DNA from: Octopus sinensis
Taxonomy: Eukaryota
Direction: 5' to 3'
Length of the DNA: 64,000 nucleotides
Assembly (NCBI RefSeq): GCF_006345805.1
Contig: NW_021832839.1
Location: 33,437 to 97,436 of the forward strand
Shown here: in pieces, positions 53,347-64,000 of the stretch
How positions within the stretch are numbered: the first letter of the stretch is position 1
Layout of the letters: each line of letters begins with the position of its first letter
Notes under the pieces: generated by a model
What the model was told of the DNA's origin: nothing
Database searches by the model: none
The model's input: only the letters and a program-made list of their open reading frames with translations
Translations under genes and position numbers: made by a program

Positions 53347-56300
53347 GGGTGAGCGAAATAAACACAAACAACATAAACTGTTTATTTTCGCGCAAAATTT
53401 ATTTCATAAAATTAAATTTAAATTAATATTAGAATAAACACTTTTAAATTAAACAATAATTATTGATTCTTATGAGATTTTAATAGTAAAATTTACTAAT
53501 ATTCCCCAATACTCAATTTTGTGTATACAATTTTGTATTCAATGCCAATTCACTAGGAGGAATAAATGCTGTTGTGAGACAATCCTCGTGGCTTTTCCGA
53601 CTCGTCTTTTAAACGCCCGATATTTAAGTAGAAGAGTTGGTTACTGTGTATCAATTTTTTCAGATTTATTGGAGGTGATTGTGTATAACTTCAAGAATCT
53701 AAGTAGGTCTACAAAGCTCTGTCATTTCAGAGATATTGAGATAATAACAGAATATGCCAACATCGACCCTGACAACAGTTTATTAATTACATTAAAAAAT
53801 TATGTTTTTTTAAATTTTTTTATAATATAAAAGTAAATATTTCTTAATTTGGTAATAATAATTTTTCCATGCTATATCGGAACTGGCCTAATTTATAACG
53901 CACATATACTTCCTTTTAAAAATGTTTTCTTCATTTTTAGGACTATTCCTAGCTTATTTCTTTACATTTGGTTTATTCATAATAAATTAATATTTATTAG
54001 AATTATTAAAAAACCCAATAAATAGACTATCAATTCCACTGATTAATAACGACGTGGATTTGCTGTCCATCTTTCCATGTTCCAAGGCACAACTATTTTA
54101 TACCTTCCCCTGGGACAAAAAGGAGACAGTCCTTATCATCAGAGCTGTCGAGGCAGTCAGGGACGGCTGGTATTTGTTCAGGACCCTCAAGACCAGGACT
54201 CCGTATTACATTGGGACACCAAAGAGCGTCCCTGGATCGGCAGGAAATGGAATTTACATTCATAAGAGAAAATATGGATTGGAGGAAATTGTGGTTTTTA
54301 AACATTTTAATGAGACAAATGTACTGAATCAATGCATTCGCATGACTGTAGAATTAAAGTGCCTCGAACTTATTAAAAATGATTTTTTATGATGAAATAA
54401 TGAAATGTGATATTACATAAATGTGTGATTGCATTTTATTCTTTAAAATTATTTCTAAACTTATACTTTCATAAAATTTGGAATCGTGACATCTATTGAT
54501 TTCAAGAAAATATCTTTAGTTCAAATTAATTTAAAAATTCGATTATATTTATGAACTGAATGAACTTTATAAATTTTTGTTTTTTTTAAAAATCAATGCA
54601 CGGCATGTCAATGTTCAATTAACAACTCAATAATGATTTAAAGGTTTCTTCTTTCATTCAACTTCGTTCTTTGACCAAGTGGAATTCATAATTGAAAATA
54701 TTCTTTTTACAGGACCAGTAGTGCCAGGTAAGCAAAAAACATATTCGATAATTTTAACAACTTTAATGACTCAGAAATAAGCATACGGACACAATTTTAG
54801 AATATCTTAATTTTAAATACAAAATTGAAATTTATAGATGAATCGGTTAAAAAATGCTTAAAAAGTGTCTGCATTCAATATTCGGTAATTGATAAATATA
54901 GACCAACATTAACGTTGTATGTGGTTGTATGTTCAATTGTGATTATTTCCCAAGACAACAAAGTAGGTCAATTTATTAATATGTATCTCTGTTAACAATA
55001 CGAAATCAAAAACGCTCAAGGCACATTCCGTAAAATCTGCAGTAGGTAGTGAATTTTTCGAGATGGATGCTCCCCGAAATACCAATATCCAGAACAAAAA
55101 AATATTTTTATGAAAGACAAAAAACAATAACCTTAATTGCGGTTGAGATCATTTATCAAAAATTATTAAATAAAAAAATGGTAAATATTAATTTTGGAGC
55201 CAACCTGAAATGTTATTGTAAGCAATTTCATTAAAAAATTGAAAGTTGAAATGAAAGTTTTTTGTAGATCTTGAAACCATGAGGAACCTGCAAGGACGGC
55301 GAAGAAAGCTCAACAAGAAGACGTCAAAATTCTATCGAATTCTTAAACTTCGTACTGTGGAACTCGTCTAAAACGGCCCCTGAATATACCGAATATCTCG
55401 CTATACCAGCTTTATTCTTCAGTCCAAATTTTTTACAGTTTTTTCAATATAAATTTAACCTCTTTACGATTAAAAATTTAATTTACTGACTTGATATCGT
55501 AATTTACGTTAATATCGATAATGGGTCTGCTGATAATCGAAAATTCAATAAATATTTAATCATTAAGCAAAATTTAAGAAATATGTTTAAGATTAAAAAA
55601 AGGTATGGTAAAATAGTTAATTTGTCGAAATAAAACCTGAACTGTAAACATATAAAAAAATAAAATTTTAAAGAGAGTTCTGATATTAAAATGATAAGCC
55701 AATTAAATTTTTAAGATGTCTAGCAATCTCTAAACTTGAATAAAATTTTGATGATTGTTATAAGAGAGGTCGTTTAGGAATAAAAATAGATAAATAAGTT
55801 AAACAGTATATATGCCACCTTTATCACGTGTCGTGAATTGTTGAAAATTATTACTACGATGAATAGCTCTATGGATGTGGTTCCGTCAGGGTTCGATTTG
55901 GACAAGTTTCACTATATATGAAAAATGGTATATCAGATCGTAATTTTAATTAAAATTCCATTAAATTGTTTATTCTTGATTTATTTGTTAATTATAACGT
56001 GTGGTTAAATTTCTTTACTATCCCTTGATTCTTATTTTCTCGTGAGTCACCCAAGAAATTATTTTCATTGTTATGCTTATGGAAACAATTACAAGCATGT
56101 GTACCCCATGCAAATACTAAGATATAATTTCTCTCTTTGATTATGAAATTTCCTACTTTCTTTTTGAGTCGATATTTTCTACGCTAGATTGACCTTCTCT
56201 AAAGATCAAATTATGTTAATCATGATCTCTCACAAACAGAGGCCAAGATAACATAACAAGAAAGAGACAAGATTCTGCTAGCCATAAATTCACTTAACTG

Positions 56301-56639
56301 AGTTTCTTGCAATGTCATTATATAATAACATCTCATTAAATTTTTTTTTTTTTTGAGGAAGTTATATGTAATTGACAAATAGTTATTAACTAACTAAATT
56401 TCCGGCCTCGTAAATGGAAACACAGTTTCCACGTACTATGGCCAAGGAAATCCTTTCGAAAAGCCACTTGGACTCGCGTGGGTCTCCCCGTTTATGGGAG
56501 ATCATGCGGCCAAGTAAAATGTTTTCAGAGTACAGTTGTATTGATGCATCTTACCTACGAAACTCCACTGCCAATTACCAACATAAATTGAAATATTTGT
56601 ACCTGTAAACTATAAAATTTCTAACACTCATGTTTAGAC

Positions 56640-57507
56640 CAGGCATTCTCAACCTTTTTTTGTTCATCGCCCCCTTAGATATTTTATCGCCCCCCTTTGA
56701 AATTTTATCGCCCCTTTGTCCATATACAATTTAAAAATTTTTGGGCATTGTCCCTTAATTGGTTGTTTTTTGTATATAACTCAAAAATCAAAATATAAAA
56801 TAATAAATCAAATGTAAAAAATTGAATTTTTATTAAAAATTATTAGTGAGACTTTTGATATTGATGTTTACTCGCTAAATATTCTATGTCGGGTTTAAAT
56901 CCCATTAAAACAGCTTTACTATCTACAATGACGCTTTCATCAATTTGTAATGAAAACTTACTTCGCTTCAGTCTTTCAATAAGGATTTCCTCTACATTGT
57001 CACCCATTTCATCAATACTTTGACGAATCACCTGAACGTGTTAGTTAATGATTAAGACGTTGTGCGCACCCACAACTACATATAAATAAATGTTAAATAA
57101 CCATCATGTACTGGCTTTGTGAATAACGATTTGATCGTTTTCTTATTTTCAAAATTGTATTTTAAATTTTGAAAATATTCAATCGGCTTTGACATTTTAT
57201 CCGGGTGCTTGCGTTTTAGATGATCCTGTAATCGTGATGGCTTCATCGCCTCATTTGAGAAAGAACATTGACAAATAAGACAATAAGGCTGTTTTGTATC
57301 TTCAGTACTTTGAATAAACCCATATTTTAAATATTCGTTTTGATAATGACGACTTTTCTTATTTGAGCGAAAAGACATCTTAGATACCAAACAAGAATGT
57401 AAAAACAGCGTGCTATTTTAAAATCGCCCCCTTGTAAAAAATTATCGCCCCCCTGTACAAAATTTTCGCCCCTAGGGGGGCGATTCGCCCCCGGTTGAGA
57501 ACACCTG
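56640..57507 (-). mobile_element. Non-autonomous hAT/Buster element
   Basis: TIRs caggcattctcaacc / ggttgagaacacctg; TSD gtttagac; BED finger YLKYGF..CLIC..MKPSRLQDH, FSLQIDES fused to C-terminal HQYQKSH. Confidence 0.93.
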
Positions 57508-58185
57508 GTTTAGACTATCACTTTGAAAATTATAATTGTACCTGAAGAAATTTTCGTCTTCAAAAAACTTTGAAAATTAAAATACATACCCTTACTTTAT
57601 AAATTGATAAATAAATGGGTTGATACTAAACTATAGATGCAGTCGTAAATAAAATCTTTCGATCTAAATAACATCTCCTGCTTACGCGGATGCATTTTCG
57701 ACTAACAGAGAGTATATATATCTAGAGAGAGGCGTACGTTTATCTCGGTTCTGAACAGGAGCATTCTTTTGAAATTCATTGGTTGCAAAAGGAACTTCTC
57801 CTCAATCTCTCAGACTGGAATGATGAAGAAAACCCACCTGGGCATTATTACAAAATTTTAAAAGCATAAGTACTCTTAAAAAAATTCAAAATTTAATCTT
57901 CAATTGTATGAATGATCCGAATGCTAATTTATTTACTTCCACGGATTGGTCATTAAAGGAGATAATGATGCAAAGCATGGAAATCCTGACGCATATTTGA
58001 GGATAGCTGGAAACAAGATAAACAGTGTCACTCGTCGGCTTATTTTCAAATAATTAAATCTATCAGGACATGTTCTCGTGATTAAATAATGTGCCTCCGA
58101 GTTACCCGAATAGTCAACTAAAGTATGTAAGTGTCTTTATTCACGTAAAGTTAGTTAATTGACGGTTTGTGCTGAATTAGTGCTT

Positions 58186-58567
58186 TCATTGGAAAATTCG
58201 ACTGCCAATAAAGGCATATGCAGTCCCCACCATTCCCCACGACAACATACCCCTCAACCCGTTGAGAAAACATCCCATTCCATGCACAGCCAACGCGTGC
58301 TTATTCCACACGTATATAAACGTGCTGAACGGCCCATAAAACCTGCCTCCCATAAACTTCTGTGTTCTGATCCGAACTAAATCGAACGGATAGAACAACA
58401 CGCCCAAAATCCCCCCAACCAACACTCCGTAAAAAAGCCCACTGGGAACACTTTTCTGGACTGAGACACCACCACGGCCTGTGAACGTGAAGTAAATCAC
58501 ATTTCCGAGAGAATTTCTAGCTGCAATGCTGGTCCACCCACGGAAATACTCTTTCACACCAAATCGC
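58186..58567 (-). CDS. Diverged duplicate of the SLC25A51-like terminal exon (putative alternative last exon)
   Basis: EYFRGWTSIAARNSLGNVIYF..FYPFDLVR..RGMLSWG is collinear with EFYRGWSAIAARNCLSNVMFF..FYPFNVVR..RAVLGWS; ttgtag acceptor in the matching phase. Confidence 0.75.
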
Positions 58568-58612
58568 CTACAATGAATTGATTTTATAAAATTTTTATTA
58601 AAAATATAATAT

Positions 58613-59510
58613 TTATTTATGCAGTTTAAACTGGCTACCCTGATGGATTAGTAATTCAAAAAAAGCATTAGTGAGAGACCAGCCTAGAACAGCCCTAAAG
58701 GCATTAGTACTCACTCCACGGAAGAAGAGAGCCTTGGACATGTCTCTCTGCTGAATGATGATGCGATACACAGCGAAAATAGACAAGAAAGTGCCGTCTA
58801 TTCTCTGCTGCATATTCACCCTCACCACATTGAACGGGTAGAAGACAGTGCTGATGAATCCCCCACAAAGAGCACCGTACCACAAACTCCTCCAAAGCGA
58901 GTACTCCTCCCCCATAAAGTGCTCTCGTGGTACAAAAAACATGACATTGGACAAACAGTTCCTTGCAGCAATGGCCGACCAGCCACGGTAAAACTCACTC
59001 AGTCCTGCACGCCGCCTAGCACATGCGCCAGCTGAGGATACCGAAGGACGAGGGCAGTGTGGAGGGTGTTCCTCAGCCGACTGTGGTTGGCCCGGTCTTG
59101 TAGGAGTACTTGGATTCGTTCGAACGGGCACAGAATCGACTCAATCAGTCCGGCCGATGAGGCTGCCAGTGCCTGATTGGCCATGTGGTGTCGTCCTTGG
59201 CTTAATTTGTCCAGTTTTTGTAGCAGGAGATTGTAGAATCCGAACATGAGGGTCATTGAGGTCGTTTTCTGGAGAAGAGGGGGCATTAGGCCTGGATTGT
59301 TGGTGTTTATGGCATACCTCTGTACAGGAGAGTGATTCCGTCTTCTTTCACGTTACGGAGGGCCTTGGAAATGGAATATCCGTGCATTTGTTGGCGGGCC
59401 ACTACTTTGGCCACCGGGTAGGTCACGATTATGCTGAAGAAGGATGCCCCCATTCCGCAGAGAAAGTGCTGATGGATGTTGTCGGCTTTCTTTCGAGAGA
59501 TGTCACTCAT
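58613..59510 (-). CDS. SLC25A51: Mitochondrial carrier, SLC25A51/52 (NAD+ transporter)-like
   Basis: HFLCG..TYPVAKVVARQQMHG, LYRG..PPLLQKTTS..LMFGFY, CPFERIQVLLQD and EFYRG. Confidence 0.85.
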
Positions 59511-59809
59511 TGTGACAGAGAATACGTGATACCCACGTCACTATAATGTGACTCGATATTTATTATATTTATTAATGTATATTCAAATTTATTTCAACTA
59601 TGAACTAAGTATAGCCATTTAATACCATTCTTGTTATAACTATGTAGATTTATTTACACATGTGTTTGAGGGGACTTTAATAAACAATTACCCGTTTTCT
59701 AAAAAATAAGAACAGTTTTGAACTGATTAGTTTCACTTTAAGTTGTTAAATTATTTAAATTAAATCACTAAAACCATAGTAATATTTCTGTAAACCAACC
59801 TTAATAAAA

Positions 59810-60132
59810 ATGGAGGAACCTTCACTGCCAGCTCAATCAAAGAACCAAGACCAAAATGATTTGATTCCTGAGAGTCTCAAAGTATGGGCGAAAGTCAAAT
59901 TAAATGATAGCTGTTGGGGTCACAGGATCAGCCATCAGGAAGACTGTCACGTTTAGAACTGCAATCCCTGCCTACGAGGGACTACATCAACGCAACTGTC
60001 GTCCCTATTTTGATTCACGGAATTACTGCTTTGTCAAGAGAAAGGTTGTGTCAGTTCTCATTTTAAAGACCGACCGACCCAATCGAGTTTTTATGTGCTT
60101 ATTTAATGAAAAACAAACACAACTATTTATAA
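59810..60132 (+). CDS. DPY30: DPY-30 (COMPASS subunit)
   Basis: Spliced [45 protein letters not shown]; absent from the ORF track because of introns. Confidence 0.9.
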
Positions 60133-60399
60133 CTTTTGCATCTACTAATAAACTAATTCTAACATATTCGTATTACATTTTTGCAATTCAAATAAAACCA
60201 CACAACAACGGACTGTTTGTTTTATTTAACCCAAGAATCACCAACAGTTAATTAGGGTAATTAATTAATTAGGTGATTCCAACAATCCTCAAGATCTTTC
60301 TCGACTTTTCCCGATGTTGGACTCTGGACCCAACGCAAGTGCGGGACGGGCAGAGAGCAGTATTAATATTAATTATAATTCCAGTTAATTTAGACCTGA

Positions 60400-60900
60400 T
60401 TACAGCCAAGTGAGTGCTTTTAGTGGGGTGTAGATTAACCTGCTATATATTAATGCCTTTAAAAATAACTTTCTATCGCGATATTCGACGGATTGAGACT
60501 GTCCTAATTTTAATATGTTGCCAAAAAGCCGCCATGTGGAATTCAGAATGTCCCTGGAAATATATGTTTGTAATTCTCCTTAGTTGGTTTCGATCAAATT
60601 GTCAAAACTGTTCATTTCAGCTTTGATGATTCCCAATTTGGATCCGTTATACGTGTTATAGATCCATAATTTTGTCTGTATTTAGCCTTCTTGGACGCCG
60701 AATAGTAAGAGTTTAATAATGGGTGACATCTTCAGATTCACCTAGCACTGATCCGACTTTTTATGGGTGCGCTTAGCTGTGTCAAATTTCGTGTATTCTG
60801 CTTTGTTATGATTGAGTGTCTGCTTGCGTACCTCTGTTTGACTTTTCAATCATTAATTAGTTCAAGATTGAAACTTAATTGTCTGTCATCCATAAGTTTT
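60400..60900 (-). mobile_element. Decayed LINE relic
   Basis: KLWIYNTY, LGIIKAE and WRLFGNIL-like fragments, similar in type to 20250-20960. Confidence 0.45.
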
Positions 60901-60970
60901 CGCAGTCGGTTGTGTGCCTTATACAAGTGGTTTGTTGGTTAAAATTGATAATTTGAAAAAGTTATTAATT

Positions 60971-63722
60971 CTATTGGTCAATAGTGGGAATGACAAAATA
61001 ATCTCCGATTTTCGGATCCGCCAATCCCCCGTATAAGTAGCACACATATCGATGACCCAACTCCAACAACCTCGTCGCAAACTAGCAATAACAGGACTAC
61101 ACACCAACCACAGAAGATAAACTACCCTCCCTGCACATGCAGACCTTCAGACTATCCTCATTCTGCCTGATCAACTCAACCAGATAACTCGGAACCCCCT
61201 CATTGGGCATCTCACACTGCACTGCCCCAGGCAATGTCCCCTTGTAGAATTCATCCATTCTTCTCAAATCGAAAAAACACGGATTGGTGTTATTGAAGCG
61301 AGTTTTTCCACTCAACAAGTCAATCAAATCCTCTGGAGTGACCCGAGGACATCTCCCCGTGCCCAATTTGAGTGTCCTCGCCAACTAAACTAAGATTCAG
61401 CCCACTACAGTCTCCTGACAGGACGACTTGATAAAGTCGGGATCCAGCATGTTGGAAAACGTTTTTGAACAACCAGAGGGAGTCAGACTGGCAAAGTGCT
61501 TTGCCTGAGCAATCACAGACTGTGGATCAAATTCTACAAACAATCAAGAAGGAGAACTGAGTGGCTCAGAGAAGAGGATAATACAGTCATCGAAGGACGA
61601 CCGAATGATGTTGTCCCTTCTCAACATGAGCAAAGAGAAGGCAATAAAGAGGGGGAATGAGTTATCTCGAAGGAGAAGAGAGTCCCACAAATAATACACA
61701 ACGGGCAGTGGATATGAATCTACACATCAACTCGAATACAAACGTGAGAAGACAGTCATAAACCAGGGAACAGCATAGAGCTACTACTATCAGACCACAC
61801 TTATTACCTCGGGGAAGAACTCGATTTGATGGATGTGATTGGCCAGTCCTGGGTCGTGGAACCCCACAAGCTGGGAGAAGACAGTCATGTGTTCTTGCAC
61901 TCAGGACAGACCACTACCTCGAATGACGACGGAATTATTCTTGAGGAAGTAGTTGGGGAGAAATGTTGTGACAAAACTGTCAAAGCAGGCAAAGGCCAGT
62001 GCCTCGTCCGAGTGGAGCATACACACGAAGGGGGCACACAGGGAATCCAGTCCTTGCCAGTACGAATAGTCCGGGTGGGACAACACCCACGTGGATAATA
62101 CCCGCTTGAGCATTTTCTGTCCAAAGGGAGATCTGAGCAAATTCTCATATTGGTGACATCTCTTTACATCCAAATCAATCTGCTGATTATTGGCAATACC
62201 TGTCTGTCAGTGTCACTGTCGAGGTGTGCCAAGTCCACTGCGTTATAGACATGCACATAGTCGGCCTATGATAGAGAGGACACACAACCCGCACATTGAG
62301 GAGTGTCGCCCACACGTAGGGACGCACAGCCGGGGGAATGTCAATCAATGACTCCTCTTTAATGCGACTTTTACTGAATGGAAACGACTTTAAAAGCCTC
62401 GTAAATAAGACCAGTCTCTTCTGCTGGTAGTCAAAGTCAGCCTCTCTAATCACCAGTGGCAGAGGACATGTGTCAGCCAACCGAGTCCTCATTAGTGGGT
62501 TAAGGTCGACAACTGAAGCCGACATGAACCTCTAGGACTGTCTGTACAGCCCGACCTCGTGAAAAGTAGTGTAGTCAATTAATTCTATTTCGTCCGAGTA
62601 GAGAAACCGTTTAAGAGTGGAATGAACTACATCCCCGTTCAGTCGTATTCCACTGTGGTTAGAAAATACACATACACAGGCATATCCCACAAATTAGTAG
62701 TCGACTCTGTCTTGTTTCCCTGCATGATCTTCCATAGGCTGTAGCACTCCTGTAGTCCCACATAGTCTGATTAAACGACCAGATACCAGTCAGTCCATTC
62801 CTTCTCTCCTCTCCTGAGTAGGTCTGGTTCATGAAACTGCCCGGCGACCACATTGAGGGTTGTTTTGAGGACAGCACTGGCAGTTGGGGAGTTCTTTTAT
62901 TGACATCGACAATAAGACATGATTTTATCAACTCCACACGTTCTGGTGGGTACTACACGTGGGAGGAAATGGAGTACCTCAGTCCCCACTGGACTGTTTT
63001 CCCTCAGAATAATGTCCAGAGGAGAACACTGACAAATCAAAAAACGCAGGATTTTGGCCACACATACACTCAGACTGACATCCCTCCACAGTTCTTTGTG
63101 CTGGGAATTGACCACACAGCCATACAATCAGCACTTCGGCCAGAACAATGCCCAGTGCCCAAATGTCAGTCGAATAGTCCAATTTAGGGCGGTCGGGGAG
63201 GGGCAGTGATTCGGCCAAATACACGTCCGGGGCAGTGTAGGAGGGCTTCCTGTCCAATAAGTACAGAAAAGACCCGATTGGGAATGAAATCGTGGAGGAG
63301 TCGACTGCCTGGAATGTCCCGTAGTTGGCCAGTTTGACAACCCCCTGCCATTACGCCCAGAATTACATTTTTATCAAAAAGTGTATTTTCTGAACACAGT
63401 GTGCGACAGACGATTCCATTTTGGTGTAGAAAGTGCAAAGCAGAACTCAGACCTTCGACTACGGCCGTCCAGTAGTCACAAACCAGGCCACTGAGAAGTA
63501 GGTCGTGGAGGGAGTGGTCGTAATGTTCTGTCTTGTATATTATTCCGGCTGGAGTGAGGAGGGAGGGGTACCGTCAGGGGTGATGTGGATGTCCAGATAT
63601 GAACAAATGTTTGAATGGCTTAGTTTTTTGAGTTCACAAAAGTTTCCATACAATCCAAAGAGACTTGGCGAGCTTTTTAGATTGGAGAGACTCAATGTAC
63701 TCAGAGTGCAAGAACCGAACAT
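60971..63722 (-). CDS. TBCK: TBC domain-containing kinase-like protein (pseudokinase-TBC-rhodanese)
   Basis: HSNICSYLD, PSYTAPDV..TDIWALG, DIPPAVRPYVWATLL, DVKRCHQYE..YWQGLDSLCAPF and rhodanese FDLRRMDEF..LPGAV. Confidence 0.92.
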
Positions 63723-64000
63723 CACAAGAAGCTCAGTTTATTTCACATTAATTACTTTTTATTTAAAACTTGGTTTTTTATTAAAAAATAATTCTTATAC
63801 AAAAGCATTGGTTATCCAACATAGTCCACATGAATAGCAGATTAGTAACACGTGATGGGGGTTCAGTGTAGTGACCACAAGTCAATTATTTTTAAAAGAC
63901 AATATTTTATATAAGAGAATATTATAAATTAGAAGTTGGGGAACGTCCTTCTTCGTAGGGACCTCGTGTGAGTAGACGTACCCCACTCTTCTGTACCAAC

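Noticed and set aside
53500-56600. Short ORFs in an AT-rich stretch, including 54054-54392
   Set aside because: No recognisable domains or consistent splice structure; likely decayed elements
56665-56716. Short regularly spaced atcgcccc repeats (also 57423-57492 and 46028-46076) as a CRISPR-like array
   Set aside because: They are hAT subterminal repeats next to TIRs in a eukaryotic context, with no cas genes

Overview
Compact eukaryotic (animal-type) nuclear DNA, not prokaryotic. GC-richer genes are broken by very many ultra-short spliceosomal introns (about 20-30 nt) and separated by short AT-rich spacers and decayed transposons. Recognisable genes: STAG/SA cohesin (partial), ZIP transporter plus 2-EF-hand protein (present twice as a ~2 kb inverted duplication), an atypical Rho GTPase, APC16-like, BROX, RTF2, a WD40 protein, CRAMP1, a NAK/AAK1 kinase, ATG5, ASCC3, mitochondrial LeuRS, NOC2L, CCDC73-like, SLC25A51-like, DPY30, TBCK and one 5S rRNA. 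Mobile elements: hAT/Buster elements with TIRs and 8-bp TSDs, Tc1/mariner, pogo/Tigger, MULE, R4/Dong-type RLE retrotransposons and other LINE relics. Metazoan gene content, ~25-nt introns and a non-metazoan-looking 5S suggest a dicyemid mesozoan (inference only). Top leads: (1) a diverged duplicate terminal exon of the SLC25A51-like carrier with a phase-matched splice acceptor, predicting two carrier isoforms; (2) hAT transposases carrying host-type tiny introns; (3) a ~1.15 kb hairpin-rich non-coding block with a Pol III B-box and a U2-like motif chain; (4) the directional ZIP+EF-hand inverted duplication; (5) a Rho lacking G12/T35/Q61; (6) two unexplained frameshifts in ASCC3. All gene models were spliced by eye, so ends are approximate where stated.
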